Shown here in pieces: positions 26,505 through 42,351 of a stretch of 64,000 bases of DNA. The number at the start of each line of letters is the position of its first letter. Position 1 is the first letter of the stretch. The notes under the pieces were generated by a model. The model was not told the DNA's origin. It ran no database searches and saw nothing but the letters and a program-made list of their open reading frames with translations. This stretch comes from Eledone cirrhosa (taxonomy: Eukaryota), in NCBI GenBank assembly GCA_964016885.1, contig OZ024743.1, positions 7,316,001 to 7,380,000 of the forward strand, in the 5' to 3' direction. Position numbers and translations under genes: made by a program.

Positions 26505-27746
26505 TATCACCCCGCAAGTAACATCACTAACATCCCCCAACCCTACGCACACGAACACACACACCCTCTTACACCACCCACTCTACACACCCTACCCCCA
26601 CTCACACCCGCATTCAACCCTTTCTCCACCTTCAGTATACTAACACCCACTAACACCCCCTTCACCACACACACACACCAGTACACTACACTCCCTCCAT
26701 CGGCCCCCACACCCTTCTCTCCCGCTCCACCCACACCCTTTCTCAAACACTCACACATCCCACTAACACCTCTACTAATACACACACACCCCCTCCTCAC
26801 TCCAACTTTCACACCTACCCATCCTCTCCCCTGTCCACCGCACCTCCGCACACACCGACACACCTTCACTTACCATTCTACCCTACTGCTGCTATGCCTC
26901 TCTGACCACCTCCCCGCACACACAGACACACAACCCTCCTCCTGCCTTGACCCTCTGACCACTTCCTGTTCCGCGCGCACCCCACATCTCCCCTCTTCCG
27001 ACCAATCTCTTCACGGATTACACATATGTGAACCTTGATCCCGAGAATCTACCGCATCCCAGGATTTTACTCAGCATTCCACCACATCTTTTTACGGAAT
27101 TACCTTTACGACTCACCCCCAGACACACACCCCCCAAATTTTTTTTCCCACACGCCACCTACATCCACAACACGCATAAACACCACACACATACGTGCGT
27201 ACCACCACATATTTACACATTCAGCCTCCGGAATCCTCTCCCCCCACCCCTCTATCCACACACGCACACACACTCCGACCTACACCCCACCCCACACACA
27301 TCTCTTCCTGAACATGCAACCCCGTTCTTCCCCCAACCCTAGCTTTCACATACACACACACACACACACACACACGTACACCTACACACACACACCACCT
27401 TCAGCCCTCCCCGCTCGGACACCCCGTCTCCCTCTCCCCACTCCACCCGCCACCACCCCTACACGTCCCACACCCTTCCACCACCTGTTTTACCCCATTT
27501 TAATTTTATTTTGATCATGCCTTTATTTTTAATTTCATTTGCACCGTTTCCTCTCACCCCCTTTTTGCTATATGTCTCTCCACCACTCCCCTACACACCC
27601 TTTGAACTCTCTTCCCACACACTTTTCACCTGAAGAAGGGCTTATGCCCGAAACGTCGTTCCCCACCACCACCCCACTCTCAAGAGCGTGAAATTAATAA
27701 ACCTTTGTTCGTACTGCCTCACTGGTTTGTTCCCGTTCAATTTTTC

Positions 27747-27750
<4 letters not shown>
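26505..27750 (+). mobile_element. Neptune-type PLE 3' UTR/pLTR copy with HHR (27627-27660)
   Basis: Homologous to 59640-60930; CTGAAGA-AGGGCTTATGCCC-GAAA-CGTC; flanked by (TA)n. Confidence 0.8.
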
Positions 27751-27796
<46 letters not shown>

Positions 27797-27803
<7 letters not shown>

Positions 27804-27834
27804 TAGAAGTTTACATACACATAAACTAGACAGA

Positions 27835-27880
<46 letters not shown>

Positions 27881-28311
27881 TTTGGCAACCATTCATGGTG
27901 TGGCTCAATGAAGAATTAATTAATTAAATAATCAACAATCAGAGCAATATATGGGAAAGTAAGTCCATAGAATCATTAGATAAAATATATACAGTATAAA
28001 ATATATACAATACTAGGTAAATTTTCTGTGGCTGTGAATCGCGGATAAAAAGTATAATTTATTTATCTATTATTTCTTCATAGGTATATTTTAAACTTAT
28101 AGCCTCGTTTAATTGATTTTTTGTATGGTTGATTATGCTGATTGGGAGAAGAAATACTGTATATATTTTATCTAATGATTCTATGGACTTACTTATATAT
28201 TGCTCTGATTGTTGATTATTTAATTAATTAATTCTTCATTGAGCCACACCGTGAATGGTTGCCATATATATATCTATGGCTCTGTCTAGTTTATGTGTAT
28301 GTAAACTTCTA

Positions 28312-28320
<9 letters not shown>
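27797..28320. repeat. Fold-back element with ~200-bp inverted arms in (TA)n
   Basis: 27797-27998 is the inverse of 28155-28320; only a relic TTTAT-CTAATGA core remains. Confidence 0.75.
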
Positions 28321-28359
<39 letters not shown>

Positions 28360-28439
28360 ATAAATTAACGGAGCCATAGGCCCTCGCCATTCCCTGTAAA
28401 TAATGTGCTCAAAGGAGAAGAAATCCTGAGCTCTTTAAA

Positions 28440-29029
28440 ATACAATATGTTGAAAAGGTAACACACCAGAGAGAGAGAGAGATATACAGTGCGCTAGCAA
28501 TAAAACAGGGAAAAAAACCACCAGTGTATGGAATCTATAACCTATGAAAGGCAGACTATAGACAAGATAATTAAAAATATAACGTTCCTTATAACAGTCT
28601 TTCCTATCTCTCTGTTTGGTTGAGCACACTTCTCTGAGTGGTTTTGGGCTGCCCTTTCTAGCAGCTCATCCCTCAGAGGCCACTGGTTCACTGCCCTTAA
28701 AAACGCGATGACTTCTCTCTCCCACGTGTAGCTGGAGAGTCACTTTTAAAATTCTCTTAGTGTTTGTCTGAAATGTATAGCCTTACACACGCTGATGAAC
28801 CGAGGTTATTCCATTTCTGTCAACAAATTACTGGCGAAACATCTCTTTGGATTTGTACGTGTGTTATATAGTTATAGAGGTATTTATTTACGTTTTAATT
28901 TATATTTTTAATTATCGTGTCTATAGTCTGCCTTTCATAGGTTATAGATTCCATACACTAGTGGTTTTTCCCCTGTTTTATTGATAACGCACTGTATATC
29001 TCTCTTTGGTGTGTTACCTTTTCAACATG

Positions 29030-29032
<3 letters not shown>
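28440..29032 (+). mobile_element. Non-coding element with ~140-bp inverted termini and an HHR (28785-28864)
   Basis: ACACACG-CTGATGA-ACC...GGC-GAAA-CA...TG-TA-CGTGTGT; 28445-28580 is the inverse of 28900-29030. Confidence 0.7.
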
Positions 29033-29073
<41 letters not shown>

Positions 29074-29115
29074 TTCAAAATATTAACAAAATAGATATTC
29101 TTGTGATCAATTATA

Positions 29116-29178
29116 TTTTATTATACATATTTCAGAGGTACTGAGTTAAGTTCAACAGTACGTCCTCATCAGATAAAA
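29116..29178 (-). ncRNA. Type I hammerhead at the end of a ~2-kb very AT-rich element
   Basis: TTTTAT-CTGATGA-GGACGTACTG...CAGTACCTCT-GAAA-TATGTA-TA-ATAAAA; flanks homologous to 14700-14885. Confidence 0.78.
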
Positions 29179-31249
29179 TAAAATGATACATGACATACCC
29201 TGACATAGTAGATGGTTAAGATTCAATCAAGGTAGTGATTAACTTATGACAAAACTCAATATTTATACCCTAATATTGAGAACATGAGATGACATAATAC
29301 AAACAATAGAGAGGGTGCGTGTAATAGATTTTAAGAAATACATGGCATCAATATAACAGTTATAAAATATTTAATTTTTAAAAACTACTGGAGAAAGAGG
29401 AGGGAAAAGAAAGCATAGAGGAACAAACAGCTGATGTCATAATATATTTAGTAGGTGGCTTGAGAAGACAGATGAAAGATGATTAAAGAGAGAGAGAGAG
29501 ACAAAGGGGACTAATTTATGTTCAAGTTTATATACACACAGATTTCTATATAATCAACATGTGTCCAGAATAATATAGTTGGCGGTTAATTTTCAAAATA
29601 TTTAATTTAAGTTATTTCAGGGTAAAGAATCATATTTTAGGTTTTAAAAGTTAATAGGTATTTGTATTAATATTATAATATAATTGTTTAATTTCTAAAA
29701 TTCAAATTTTATGAAAACAAATTTAAAGGATTTACGAAACACGAGAAAGAAAATATATATATATAATGTTTTATATCCTCACGAAGGTAATCTTTACCAA
29801 AATTACTTATAATATTGACAACAGTTTCTATAATATAATTTATAAGATAATTATAGTTATAATTATTAAAGAATTTATTGTTAAATAGTTTGAGTGCCTA
29901 AAGTATCATTATAATTAAACTTAAAGAAGTCAGAATTTTTAACTATATATATGTATTGATCATAAAATACCAAGATTATAGTTTATTATTTGTTCATAGT
30001 TGAGGTGATACCTTTCAAATATAAATAATATATTATTATATTACAATAATGCAATATTGCAATATAGTAAATAATTTCCTGAAGATATTGCTCAAAAATA
30101 TATATAGTTAAAAATATTGTTAAAGAATTAATGTTTTATATCAATTATTTTCATTTAGTTGATATATACTATAAAGATATAAATCAAAACTATATGAGTC
30201 CTAGTGATAGGAGCTAGATACAAAATAAATATACAAATAAAAGAAAATGAATTATTTGTGAAATTTAAAGATGCCCAAAATTAGAAATAAATGCAATAGG
30301 GTTTTAATAAAGTATAGAAAAGATATTTCTAAAATATTTTAGCGAATGTGAAGAAGCGCTAAATATTTGAAAAAGCTGAAGGTAATCTAAATTTAATTAA
30401 AATAAAATAAAACAAAATAAGTTAAATTAAATTATATTATATTAAGTAAATGATTATATAAGTTCGACCTTCCAGGGAATACGAAACATTTATAACAATA
30501 TAAAGTCATTTGAGTGTCTAAATTATTTATAAATGTAACTACGATTATGTTATTACACTAGATAAAGATATTTGTACAACTATATATAGATATAATTATA
30601 GGTATTAATGAAACGGTATACATTTAATAAAAAATAATTATAATCATTGTTAGTAATGCTATAATTGTAGTTTTACCTCCAGTTCAGTGGAGAGATAAAC
30701 CAATATTTGTCAGCTATTATGGTTTGTTAAATTTATACCTAGATATATATAAAAAAAAACAAGTGCAAATCTAACTTTCTGAGTCCCCCAAAACATACTC
30801 AAAATGAGTAAAAAATATATATATATATATAAAATATGCAAACGCATGAATGATCCACAGTTCAAATTATAATCAGTAAATTTACAAGTTAAATATCCAA
30901 ACTATATATTTAAAACAGAGACAGATAAATAAACATCCGAATCAAAGTTATAAATATCTAAAAAAATCATAGTGTATGTATATCTATCAAGTAAACAAGT
31001 TATCAAACGAGTGTCCTTCATTCAAACATTAATTCTATTATAAATGATTAGAAGATAAAACATTATTAAACTTTTATAAACCGTTATGACTTTTATGTTC
31101 AACAGTTGATAATAGACGTCAAAAATCAGGCCTGATTGTTTACTGTTTTTTCCGGACTTTATGAGAGCCTCGCATGTTGAGCGCTTCCAATCTATTGTAA
31201 AACTCATTCTTTGATGTAATCATTGAACCTTAAATATATATATATATAT

Positions 31250-32309
31250 ATAAACGAAAAAAATGAAACGAAATTTCATTTCCCACTCTTAGTACGGCTG
31301 TTACTTAAATATAAGTATGTACACGTACATACATATATGTATACAGACGTACAGTAGTATGTATATATATATATATACATACATGCACACATATATATAT
31401 GTACGTATGGATTCACCGAACATTTATTATAATGCTCGGTGTGTTTGTAAACAAACATCCTGTATTAAGCCGTAGTGTCTAGCAACCATCGTTGCTCGTT
31501 TGTTCAACACTGACAAAGGAACGCTGTACTAGTTTCAAGCTAATTAGCTATCGTCAGCAACGTATACCTTCCTGCCAGATTGTTGAACGTATATACTTAC
31601 CTTATGCATATTAACGGCTGAGTAGCCCAATTTGCATATCGAGTGGGTTAATCGGCCGGGTGCACCGAAAACGATAAACGAAAAAATGAAGTATGTACAC
31701 GTACATACATATATGTATACAGACATACAGTAGTATGTATATATATATACATACATGCACACAAACACACCGAACATTATAATAAATGTTCGGTGAATCT
31801 ATACGTACATATATATATGTGTGCATGTATGTATATATATATACATACTACTGTACGTCTGTATTCATATATGTATGTACGTGTACATACTTATATTTAA
31901 GTAACAGCCGTACTAAGAGTGGGAAATGAAATATCGTTTAATTTTTTTCGTTTATCGTTTTCAGTGCACCCGGCCGATTAACCCACTCGATATGCAAATT
32001 GGGCTACTCAGCCGTTAATATGCATAAGGTAAGTATATACGTTCAACAATCTGGCAGGAAGGTATACGTTGCTGACGATAGCTAATAAGCTTGAAACTAG
32101 TACAGCGTTCCTTTGTCAGTGTTGAACAAACGAGCAACGATGGTTGCTAGACACTACGGCTTAATACGGGATGTTTGTTTACAAACACACCGAGCATTAT
32201 AATAAATGTTCGGTGAATCCATACGTACATATATATATGTGTGCATGTATGTATATATATATACATACTACTGTACGTCCGTATACATATATGTATGTAC
32301 GTGTACATA

Positions 32310-32315
<6 letters not shown>
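31250..32315. mobile_element. Retrozyme-like family A, inverted array (HHRs 31522-31562 minus, 32067-32107 plus)
   Basis: Tandem-plus-inverted copies with a junction near 31775; flanked by (TA)n. Confidence 0.85.
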
Positions 32316-32356
<41 letters not shown>

Positions 32357-32876
32357 GTATATATATATATGTATATATATGTATATATGTATACGTATAT
32401 ATATGTATATGTATATGGAGTGGACTTCCGTCGGTTTCAGCGATGAGTGTTCCAATTGTTCATGAATGTCCATGACAAAGCTGACCCTTTGAATTACAGG
32501 TACAGTTTATCCGACGAGCTGCGAAAAATTTTCTGTCTGTCCAAGTTCACTCACAAGGTTCAGAGCAATGGTAAATAATACATGCCTCGCAAAGGGATTG
32601 ATACGGGATCTAATGATTGTAAAGCGAACTTATTAATCATTCTGTTATGTTGTTTATCTTATCTATATAAAACATTTTAGGAAAAAGGGAAATAATTGTA
32701 GTTTTGGCAGAGTGGTTTCCCTTTAATTACTAAATAGCGACGTAAGTGCATGAGCGTCTCTCTCTCTTTCTCTCTCTCACTCCCTCACTCATTCTCTCCC
32801 ACCCCTCTCTCTTTATATATATAGCGTTAAGGGTGAAAGCAGCGATTCTTTGCTGAAACTTTAATCTGTTATTTTA

Positions 32877-32953
<77 letters not shown>

Positions 32954-33012
32954 CACATATAAAGCGCGAAACTAATAAAACTTCTTGTACCGCTGTTGTC
33001 TCCTTGAACTAA

Positions 33013-33088
<76 letters not shown>

Positions 33089-33405
33089 CGATATAATAAT
33101 TCGATATATTAAATTATCTATATTTATCTCCAAATCACTGATTTGTCGAGCAAACCTGCCAAAACCACTTCTAAATTTCTTTGGGGATGTTAGTAGGCGT
33201 CTGTCATCTTACCATCCCATTCCTACTGACTAGCCTCTGTGTCACGCGATTGATTCTTTAGAATCGGCCATTTGACCAGTGGCAGTGAGAATTTTCAGTA
33301 CCTGGAATCCAGTCCTCGATAGCTGTTCCATTTACCGAATTATTATTATTTTTATATGAGTCCCCAGTGTCCGCGCATTGCCTGGAGACTTGGCTGAGAA
33401 TAGAT

Positions 33406-33485
33406 CTCCCTGATGATGCAATGAAATTCTCAACAGTTCATTACGTAACTGTCTTTATCCCATTGCAGAAACTAATTAGTTGGAG
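33406..33485 (+). ncRNA. Type I hammerhead ribozyme
   Basis: CTCC-CTGATGA-TGCAATG...CATTGCA-GAAA-CTAATTAG-TT-GGAG; inner hairpin ACAGTT/AACTGT. Confidence 0.85.
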
Positions 33486-33543
33486 TGAAAATTTAAGTAA
33501 GTTAATTTTTTTTTAATTTTTTTAAAAATTTTCTTATTTTACG

Positions 33544-35040
<1,497 letters not shown>

Positions 35041-35044
35041 TATA

Positions 35045-35670
35045 CTAGCAGTGGTACCCGGCGTTGCACGGGATAAGGTATTTTGGAACGCGGGCCGCCA
35101 ACAGACCTAATCGTGGAAAAACTGCATGGCTGGACAATATGTAAAGAAAATAAACTGAATACTCTGATGGCTGGATAATCTTTAAGATTTTCCTCGATGA
35201 AGCAGGAAAAATGCAGGTTTTCACCTAATGCGGGCCCTAGGGGATCAAGAAAATGAATTTTTTTATGTGCATAATATGCCTTGAAATTTCGGGAAAATCG
35301 GCTACACGTAACGCCTCCAAAACCCCTATAAAGCTGAAAAAATGAAGGTTTTCACCTAATGCGGGCCCTAGCCCATAAAAAGTTGGATTTTCTTTGCTCA
35401 CGGTATGAAGAAGAGACTGACTAATACATAGTTACAATTTCAAGGAAATCGGTCTGACGTAACGCCTAAAAAAACCCCTAAAAAGCTGAAAAAAATGCAG
35501 TTTTTCACCTAATGCGGGCCCTAAGGGATCAAAAGTTTTATGTGCATAACACTCCCTGAAACATAAGTAATACACATGTAAAGTTTGAAAAAAATCGGTT
35601 GGGTACTTCTCGAGTTTTAGGGATTCAAACTCACAGACACACACACACAGACATACTCAGTTTTATAATA
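35045..35670 (-). mobile_element. Non-autonomous Helitron-like element, copy 2
   Basis: Similar to 19038-19640; 3' hairpin CCCGTGCAACGCCGGG then CTAG; followed by (CA)n to 35859. Confidence 0.8.
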
Positions 35671-35725
35671 TATATATATATATATACACACACGCACACA
35701 CACAGATACACACACAGATACACAG

Positions 35726-35756
<31 letters not shown>

Positions 35757-35762
35757 TACACA

Positions 35763-35798
<36 letters not shown>

Positions 35799-35810
35799 TA
35801 CACAGACACA

Positions 35811-35862
<52 letters not shown>

Positions 35863-36282
35863 TGCGCGCGTGTGTATGCGTGTGCGTGTGTAAGCCTTTT
35901 TATCTGCAAATGGTTCACCGCAACTCGAACTTGAAGTATCAACATTTCAGCAGTAGAAGAAGAAAGAAAAAATCCCAAATTTCTTGTCTACTAGAATGAA
36001 ACCGCTCCAGAATAATGCATTTAAAAATGTCGGTTTTAAACGAGTTGTGCCACAAGAACATTTTTATTTGTCGAAGAAGTTGAGACGGTTATTTTTTTTT
36101 CAGCACCAAATTCTTTTACGAGAGGTTGGTGGAGCGCCCTCTATTGCTAAACAGAAGTGTTTTTCATGCACTCTCTTTTCATTGTTTCATATAAAATGGT
36201 TTTTGGGTAAGTCGTCACCAAATCTTTGATCTGTATAATTTCTGATATGAGCGAATTGACGACGTGTGCGATGCGGGTAGCG

Positions 36283-36643
36283 CAGAGGTTCTCAATCTTT
36301 TTGCCCCCCGCGCCCCACGGCCATGTAATACCCTCAGCGCCCAACCCTATTTCCAAAGAGACCTGCCTACACACAAATTGTAAATAATATATTGTATAAT
36401 AAATAAAATTGGTAATTTATATATAATAAATAATATAATATATACTATGTATAAACAAATATTATATCAATATATATATTTTACATTTTACATTATTTAT
36501 ATATAATTTGTATAATTTGATATTTAATATATTATTATATAATCTCTAAAGACCCCCGTAGCCGCCCCCGACCTTCTGAACACCCCTCTGGCGGGCGGGC
36601 AGGGGTTGGGGATGGTCTATAGTGTCCACCTTGAGAACCTCTG
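36283..36643. mobile_element. hAT (Charlie-like) MITE
   Basis: TIR CAGAGGTTCTCAA/TTGAGAACCTCTG; 8-bp GGGTAGCG on both sides, with one extra G on the right. Confidence 0.8.
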
Positions 36644-39269
36644 GGGGTAGCGTAAGAACTAATACAAATTGACGAGAAACTAGGTTTTGCAGTGCACAAA
36701 CCACAGGGTAGTATAATGAGTCCACAAAGGAGGGATCATCAAAAGAACCGCCGACTGCGTGGATGTCATTTCTGCAGATGAAAATGCAGGCAGCGTTTAG
36801 TAAACCGGAAGACACATGTGTAAAAATGCAGTGACTGCGGGGGTTGTTGTGTAAGCAAAATGAAGGTCATGCATGAAAGCAGAAAAATTAACAATTTCTT
36901 AACATCGGGTCACTACTGAAGCGCTGATGCATTATTCATGAATAATCAAATGGTAATGAGATTCATAAAGAAAATTGACACAAACACGCTTGAATTCTAA
37001 TAACAAGATTCTTAAAACTTTTAATCGACAACAGTGGATAAAAGTTGGCTGAACACACTACTAGAAATAGCAGTCAAATGCTAGCAACATAATGGTTTCT
37101 AACACAGGCACATGGCCAGAAATGTTAGAGGGAGAGGAAAGTCAATAATACCGACCCCTAATACTTGGCTGGTATTTTATTTTATTCATCTCAGAAGGAT
37201 GAAAGGCAAAGTTAACTCGGACGGGATTTGAGCTGGAACAAATACTGCTAAAGGCCGTAACTATATGCCTCAAAGCATGTTGTCCGACGCTCTACCGACA
37301 CTGCCAACCCAACGCCCTTTAATGCCAGGTATATAATGGTTTCTGATTTAGGCACAAGGCCAATAATTTTGGGTAGGAGAAAGTTGATTAAATCGAACGC
37401 AGTGCATTATTGGTACTTTATTTTATCGACCCCATAAAGATGAAAGGCAAAACTAACCTTGACAGGATTTGAACCCAGAACGCAAAGGGTCATAACTCTG
37501 TGCTGCAAAGAATGTTGTCCCACGCTCTACAGATTCTCCCAATCCACAGCCTTCTAATGCCAGATTTACAACGCAAGTAAGATAATTGCTTCTACTTTTT
37601 GGCACAAGGCCAGCAATTATCCCAGTGCATTACTGGTGCTTTGTTTTATCGACCCCATAGGGATGAAAGGCAAAGTTAACTTCGGCGGGATTTAAACTGA
37701 TACCGTAAAGGGCCGTAACTCTATCCCGAAAAGCATAGCGTCCGACCTTCTACCGATACTGCCAATCACCGCAAGTAAGATAATACAAGTTGAAACAAGA
37801 GTTAATATTTGTCTGGTAAAAGAAATATACATACTACTTTATAGCGAAGGAATAATCCTTCTTCTTTGTCCTATGACATATACACAATGGTTAGAGAGAC
37901 AGATCGACATTGGTGAGAGTAAGGCCGCCGGGAAAATCTCTGAGGGGGCATTTCAAACAACATGCAGCACTGTCTGGTCAGGCCCCCCACAGTCACATGC
38001 TGGGATGTCTTTCATTTTCTATCGATGGAGATGATGGGCTGTCCTGGTATGTGTTGTGTGGATCCTATTAAAGGAAACCCATTGCTTTCTAGGAAGGTCA
38101 AAGTTTAGATGTGGGGTCCTGGATGAGGTCTTGGTTGGCAAATTTGGACTCATTCCATGATCTTCGTTACTCTTCGTTCACATCAAAGGTATTGTCGTGA
38201 GGGTTTTTTTATTGATTCCCAGAATGGTTTGCGTGATTTCAAGCGCATGTTGGAAAGGTTTTCCGGGTATTTCATGGATCGGAAGGTCGGGCTTGGACTT
38301 GGTGAGAAGTACTGCCTTGCATGAGAAAAGGAGCTATATGAGAAAGGAATGATATACACACAGTTCCTGAATTGCTTCAACAGTTAACGAAAAGTTACGA
38401 CAGTCTACTGCAAGTAGTCGGTCTGGAGAGAGATGGGCTCCGCCAGGCTTAAAATACCCAAGAAACACCGTATGTCAATACGGCGCCCCTACGACTCTGT
38501 CATGAGTTACGGGACCATACATACAAACATACTTCAAGTAGTATTAAAACACATTATATAGTCACATAAATATGGATAAGTTTATATTTACAATCTGGTT
38601 GTATGTGATATTATGTGTTTTTTTTTTGTAAATTATAGTTGTACCTAGGCAGCGAATTGGCAGAGTCGTTAGAACGATAGAATGTTTCGGCTCTGTTCTC
38701 AGAGTTCAAATCCCGCCGAGGTCAACTTTGCCTTTCATCCACTCGAGGTCGATAAAAAAGTACCAGTCAAATACTGGGCCGATTCTTTTACTATATCTCT
38801 TTCTCATTTCCATTCTGTCATTCTCTCTATCTTTCTCTGGAGGAAATCTGCTGTATTCAGAACTGAAAAGGGATGGGATCCACTAGGCTTAAAATGCCAA
38901 AAGAAACGCCCTATGTCACTACGGCGCCCCTACGACTCAACCAGGAGTTACAGAACCATACCATACAGTTGCGTCTGTGTGAGTAAGAAGATATGTATAC
39001 ACAATTTTTTATATGTATGTGTGAGATATTTTCGGTGTAAGCCAGCCGCTAAACTAGAGAAAGGAATGAAACACCCATGCACATTTTTATAGATCAAATT
39101 TATTAAAAATAAATGTTCAGCTACAGTCCTTATTTCCGGCTTGCTATTCTGCTTTTCTTTCGCTATTTGCGTTTAAAAAGACAAGACCCATTTCTTTGCT
39201 CTCTCTCCATAACACTTCTATACTTTTGGACTTAAAAAAAAATATATATACTCTCCTCACTGTTTGTCC

Positions 39270-39540
39270 TCCTCCTCATCTAGAGGGTCCTATTTGCACA
39301 ACTGCTTCCAAATGATCCCTAAGCCGGATCCCTAAGCGAGACCAATCAAGCTTATGAATGTTATCCAACCATCTTGCTCCTGGTCTATATTTGGGTCTAC
39401 TACCGGTTGGTTTTGCTCGTAAAATATGTCTTGTGATTCTTTCCTTAGATATTCTAACCACATGTCTGTAGTACCAGCGCTGTGATCTTTCGAGTGATTC
39501 CCTAATCTCTGAGTTACATACCCTATCGAGTAATGTTGCA
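39270..39540 (-). mobile_element. RTE LINE 3' fragment
   Basis: RISKERITRHILRAKPTGSRPKYRPGARWLDNI; related pieces at 20340-20480 and 23820-24052. Confidence 0.7.
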
Positions 39541-41854
39541 AAAAAAAAAAAAAAAAAACTTTCAGAGGATACTGAAGGAAGCTGTTACACCTAGGATATG
39601 GTCACGTCTGACGTTGTATTTTCGCAAGTTCCTCTTTTCGAGAAGACGAAGAGGATCGAGAGGTGGGGGACCTACTCAATAATGTGTCTGGCATTGGACT
39701 CCGAAGGTGAGTTGAACGGGGCGCTCGTCTTGGCCGCGGGTTTCCACTGTTGATTCGCAGATGATTTTAGCAATAAATCTTCGGAAAGCATTACTCTTTG
39801 TGATGAGGAGAATGCCTCCGCCTGCATTGCATGCTGAAGCTAAATTATCTGAAAAGAAATGGTCACAGAAATGGCTAGATTGATTTAGAAGAAGCTGTTC
39901 GTTAGAGCTGTGATGGATCAAACTAAACGTTGATCAGTAACGAAATTAAGCCTTTGAAGCGACCCTTTCGCTAGGGAGTCCGAGGTTAAAGAGTATACAT
40001 TGGTATCGATGTACAGCAGTTAGTAGATTGATTGGTCAAAGGTTTATTGGTTAAGAAATAGAAGGAATAGTTAATTCTTGTGATTGCACTATAGTGAACT
40101 ATGTGGATAAACTATCAGTGAATAATAATGGTGCGTCTCAAATTTCTTATGTAGACATGATGTTATACACTCTTAATGGCAATTAAGTAAATGTTTTTCA
40201 GCGAACAAGATCTCATATGTCTCAGTTGTACTTAAATCACAGTTTAGAATTCCCAATATATGATTTAGTCTTAGATAAAATATTTCATTTTGAAAAGTAA
40301 AGGATTGAATTATCTTCCAGCTTCCATATATGGGAGGCCAGTAAGGTTTGATTTCATTTAATGTGGTTTTTAAAAGAATGTATAAGGGAAATATATTTAA
40401 ACTTAAACTCATTTAAAGTTCAACGAATATAGCTTTTTAATGTATTATTATAGGATTTTACCACATCTTTAGCTCAACAGTTCACTATATTTTTAGCACA
40501 ACACTCTGAGTCTGAAAAACACTTATTAGTATTAGAGTTACATTTGTTAGGTGATTGAATGGTAATAGGTTTAGTTATTCTATGGAGATTTGAGGAGGCT
40601 ATGCTATGGTAGCATTTAAAAGTAGTAGAAGAGAATATATTGATATTATTATTATTAAAATATTATTGTATTTATGTTCTAGAGGGAAGTGGGGAAGTGT
40701 TTTTTAAGAAGTTTGAAGAGGTTAAGACCAACGGAGCTGGCTACTATATCATGGAAACGGAATGTGAACCAGATGATGTTCTTTCTATTTCTTTATCTAT
40801 TAAGGAAGCGAGGGTATTACTATTGTAAGGGATTTTATCTTTGAATCCACTTCTAGCTATACCCTCATAACAGTACCATGAAGCTTTATTAGCAGAAAGT
40901 TGTGAAAGTCTAATATATATATTAGGTGTTAAGTTCTTAATTACATTTAGCTAGAGTGCTTACGGGTGTAATTAAGGATTAATTAATTTTGTTATATGGA
41001 TAAAACAGTAAGTTATTAAGGTGTAAGGTTACAAAAAAAAAGTTAGTTTTAGTTAGGTGTATTTCTATTGTAATATGTAACCTTATGGTAAAAAACATTA
41101 TGTAATATTTATCATAAAACGATCAGTGGTTTGGGAAGTAAATTTCAAAGTAAATAGTTTATCGTCTTGATAAAGGCTATTGTTAATTCCGGAGATATTG
41201 GCTTTTACATTGTATAAGATATATAATCTGACAATGTCACTAGTTTCTGCTGAATCCTAGGCTCTTATATGGACATCAAATGGAGTGTTAGAGTTTTATC
41301 TATCTAAATGTGATTGTAATTTACTACTGCATTACATGCATCTAGAATGATACACATCAAACTTCAAAAAGCGTGGCTGAGAGATAAAATAATTGGATTT
41401 GCAATCGTGAGGTTGTGAGTTCGATTCCTGAACCGGACGATGCGTTATGGCCTTGAGCAAGACACTTTATTTCACGTTACTTCTTCTACCTGGAGTTACG
41501 ACCGATAGATAGTATTAGCAATTGGAAAAACCAACGGAAACATTGTTTCCTCGGTCCAAACTGACGAAAGTCGATCGACTGTCTCTCTATATAAAGGACT
41601 ATCTATCCATTTCCCTCTATTAAAGGACTCAATATGAGAAAAGAAGATGAGTTAATTTCCTGTGTTTATATGTTTAGGTGTTCTATGGAAGTGCTTTTAT
41701 TTTGAATATAAGTTAACTTACATCCTCATTTGAAATACCTTGATTATATATGAACTGTGATATATTTATAGTTGCTTATAGAAGCAGTTGACAGAGTCCA
41801 TTGTGGAGTTTATGAGGCAAGGATCAGAAGAAGGTCAAAATGGATATTTTAGAG

Positions 41855-41975
41855 CAGTGGTCACCAACCAGTGGTCCGAAAGAAAACTTTGGTGGTCCAC
41901 AGAAAACTTTGGAAGTCCGAGAGAAAACTTTGGTGGTCCGCAGAAAAATTTGGTGGTCCAAGAGAAAACTTTGGA
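41855..41975. mobile_element. hAT-like terminus with ~20-bp subterminal repeats
   Basis: CAGTGGTCACCAACC followed by about five GAAAACTTTGGTGGTCC-like units. Confidence 0.55.
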
Positions 41976-42351
41976 CATTATTTACAATTTTTATGTTTTA
42001 TTGATAATAAAACAAAAATAATATTCGGTTAAAATATATTTTATAACACCCCTTAACAAATGTTTCTCCTCGTTAAAGAACTAATATCCATGAACGAATT
42101 TTACACATATGTATCATCTATCGACAATATGACATACGTACGCTTCAGTATTGTTTCGATCATTACAACAGTTACCCCGCTCTGCGAATACCGATTTACA
42201 TTTATAATTTTGTTATAATTGAATAAGCATTTATAATTTTGTTATATTTAATAGGTTCATAAGATGGATCATTGTTTTACAAATGTATTTATCTTTAAAG
42301 AAAACCACTTTAGTGATCCACATGAATGTACTAGAGAAAAAATATCGCTAT

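Noticed and set aside
26394-27514. Pro/Thr/His-rich ORFs
   Set aside because: C-rich 3' UTR of the Neptune-type PLE; frames are not conserved in the 59.6-60.9 kb copy.
28165-28200. Hammerhead in the 27.8-28.3 kb fold-back
   Set aside because: Core is CTAATGA and no GAAA/stem III follows; not counted.
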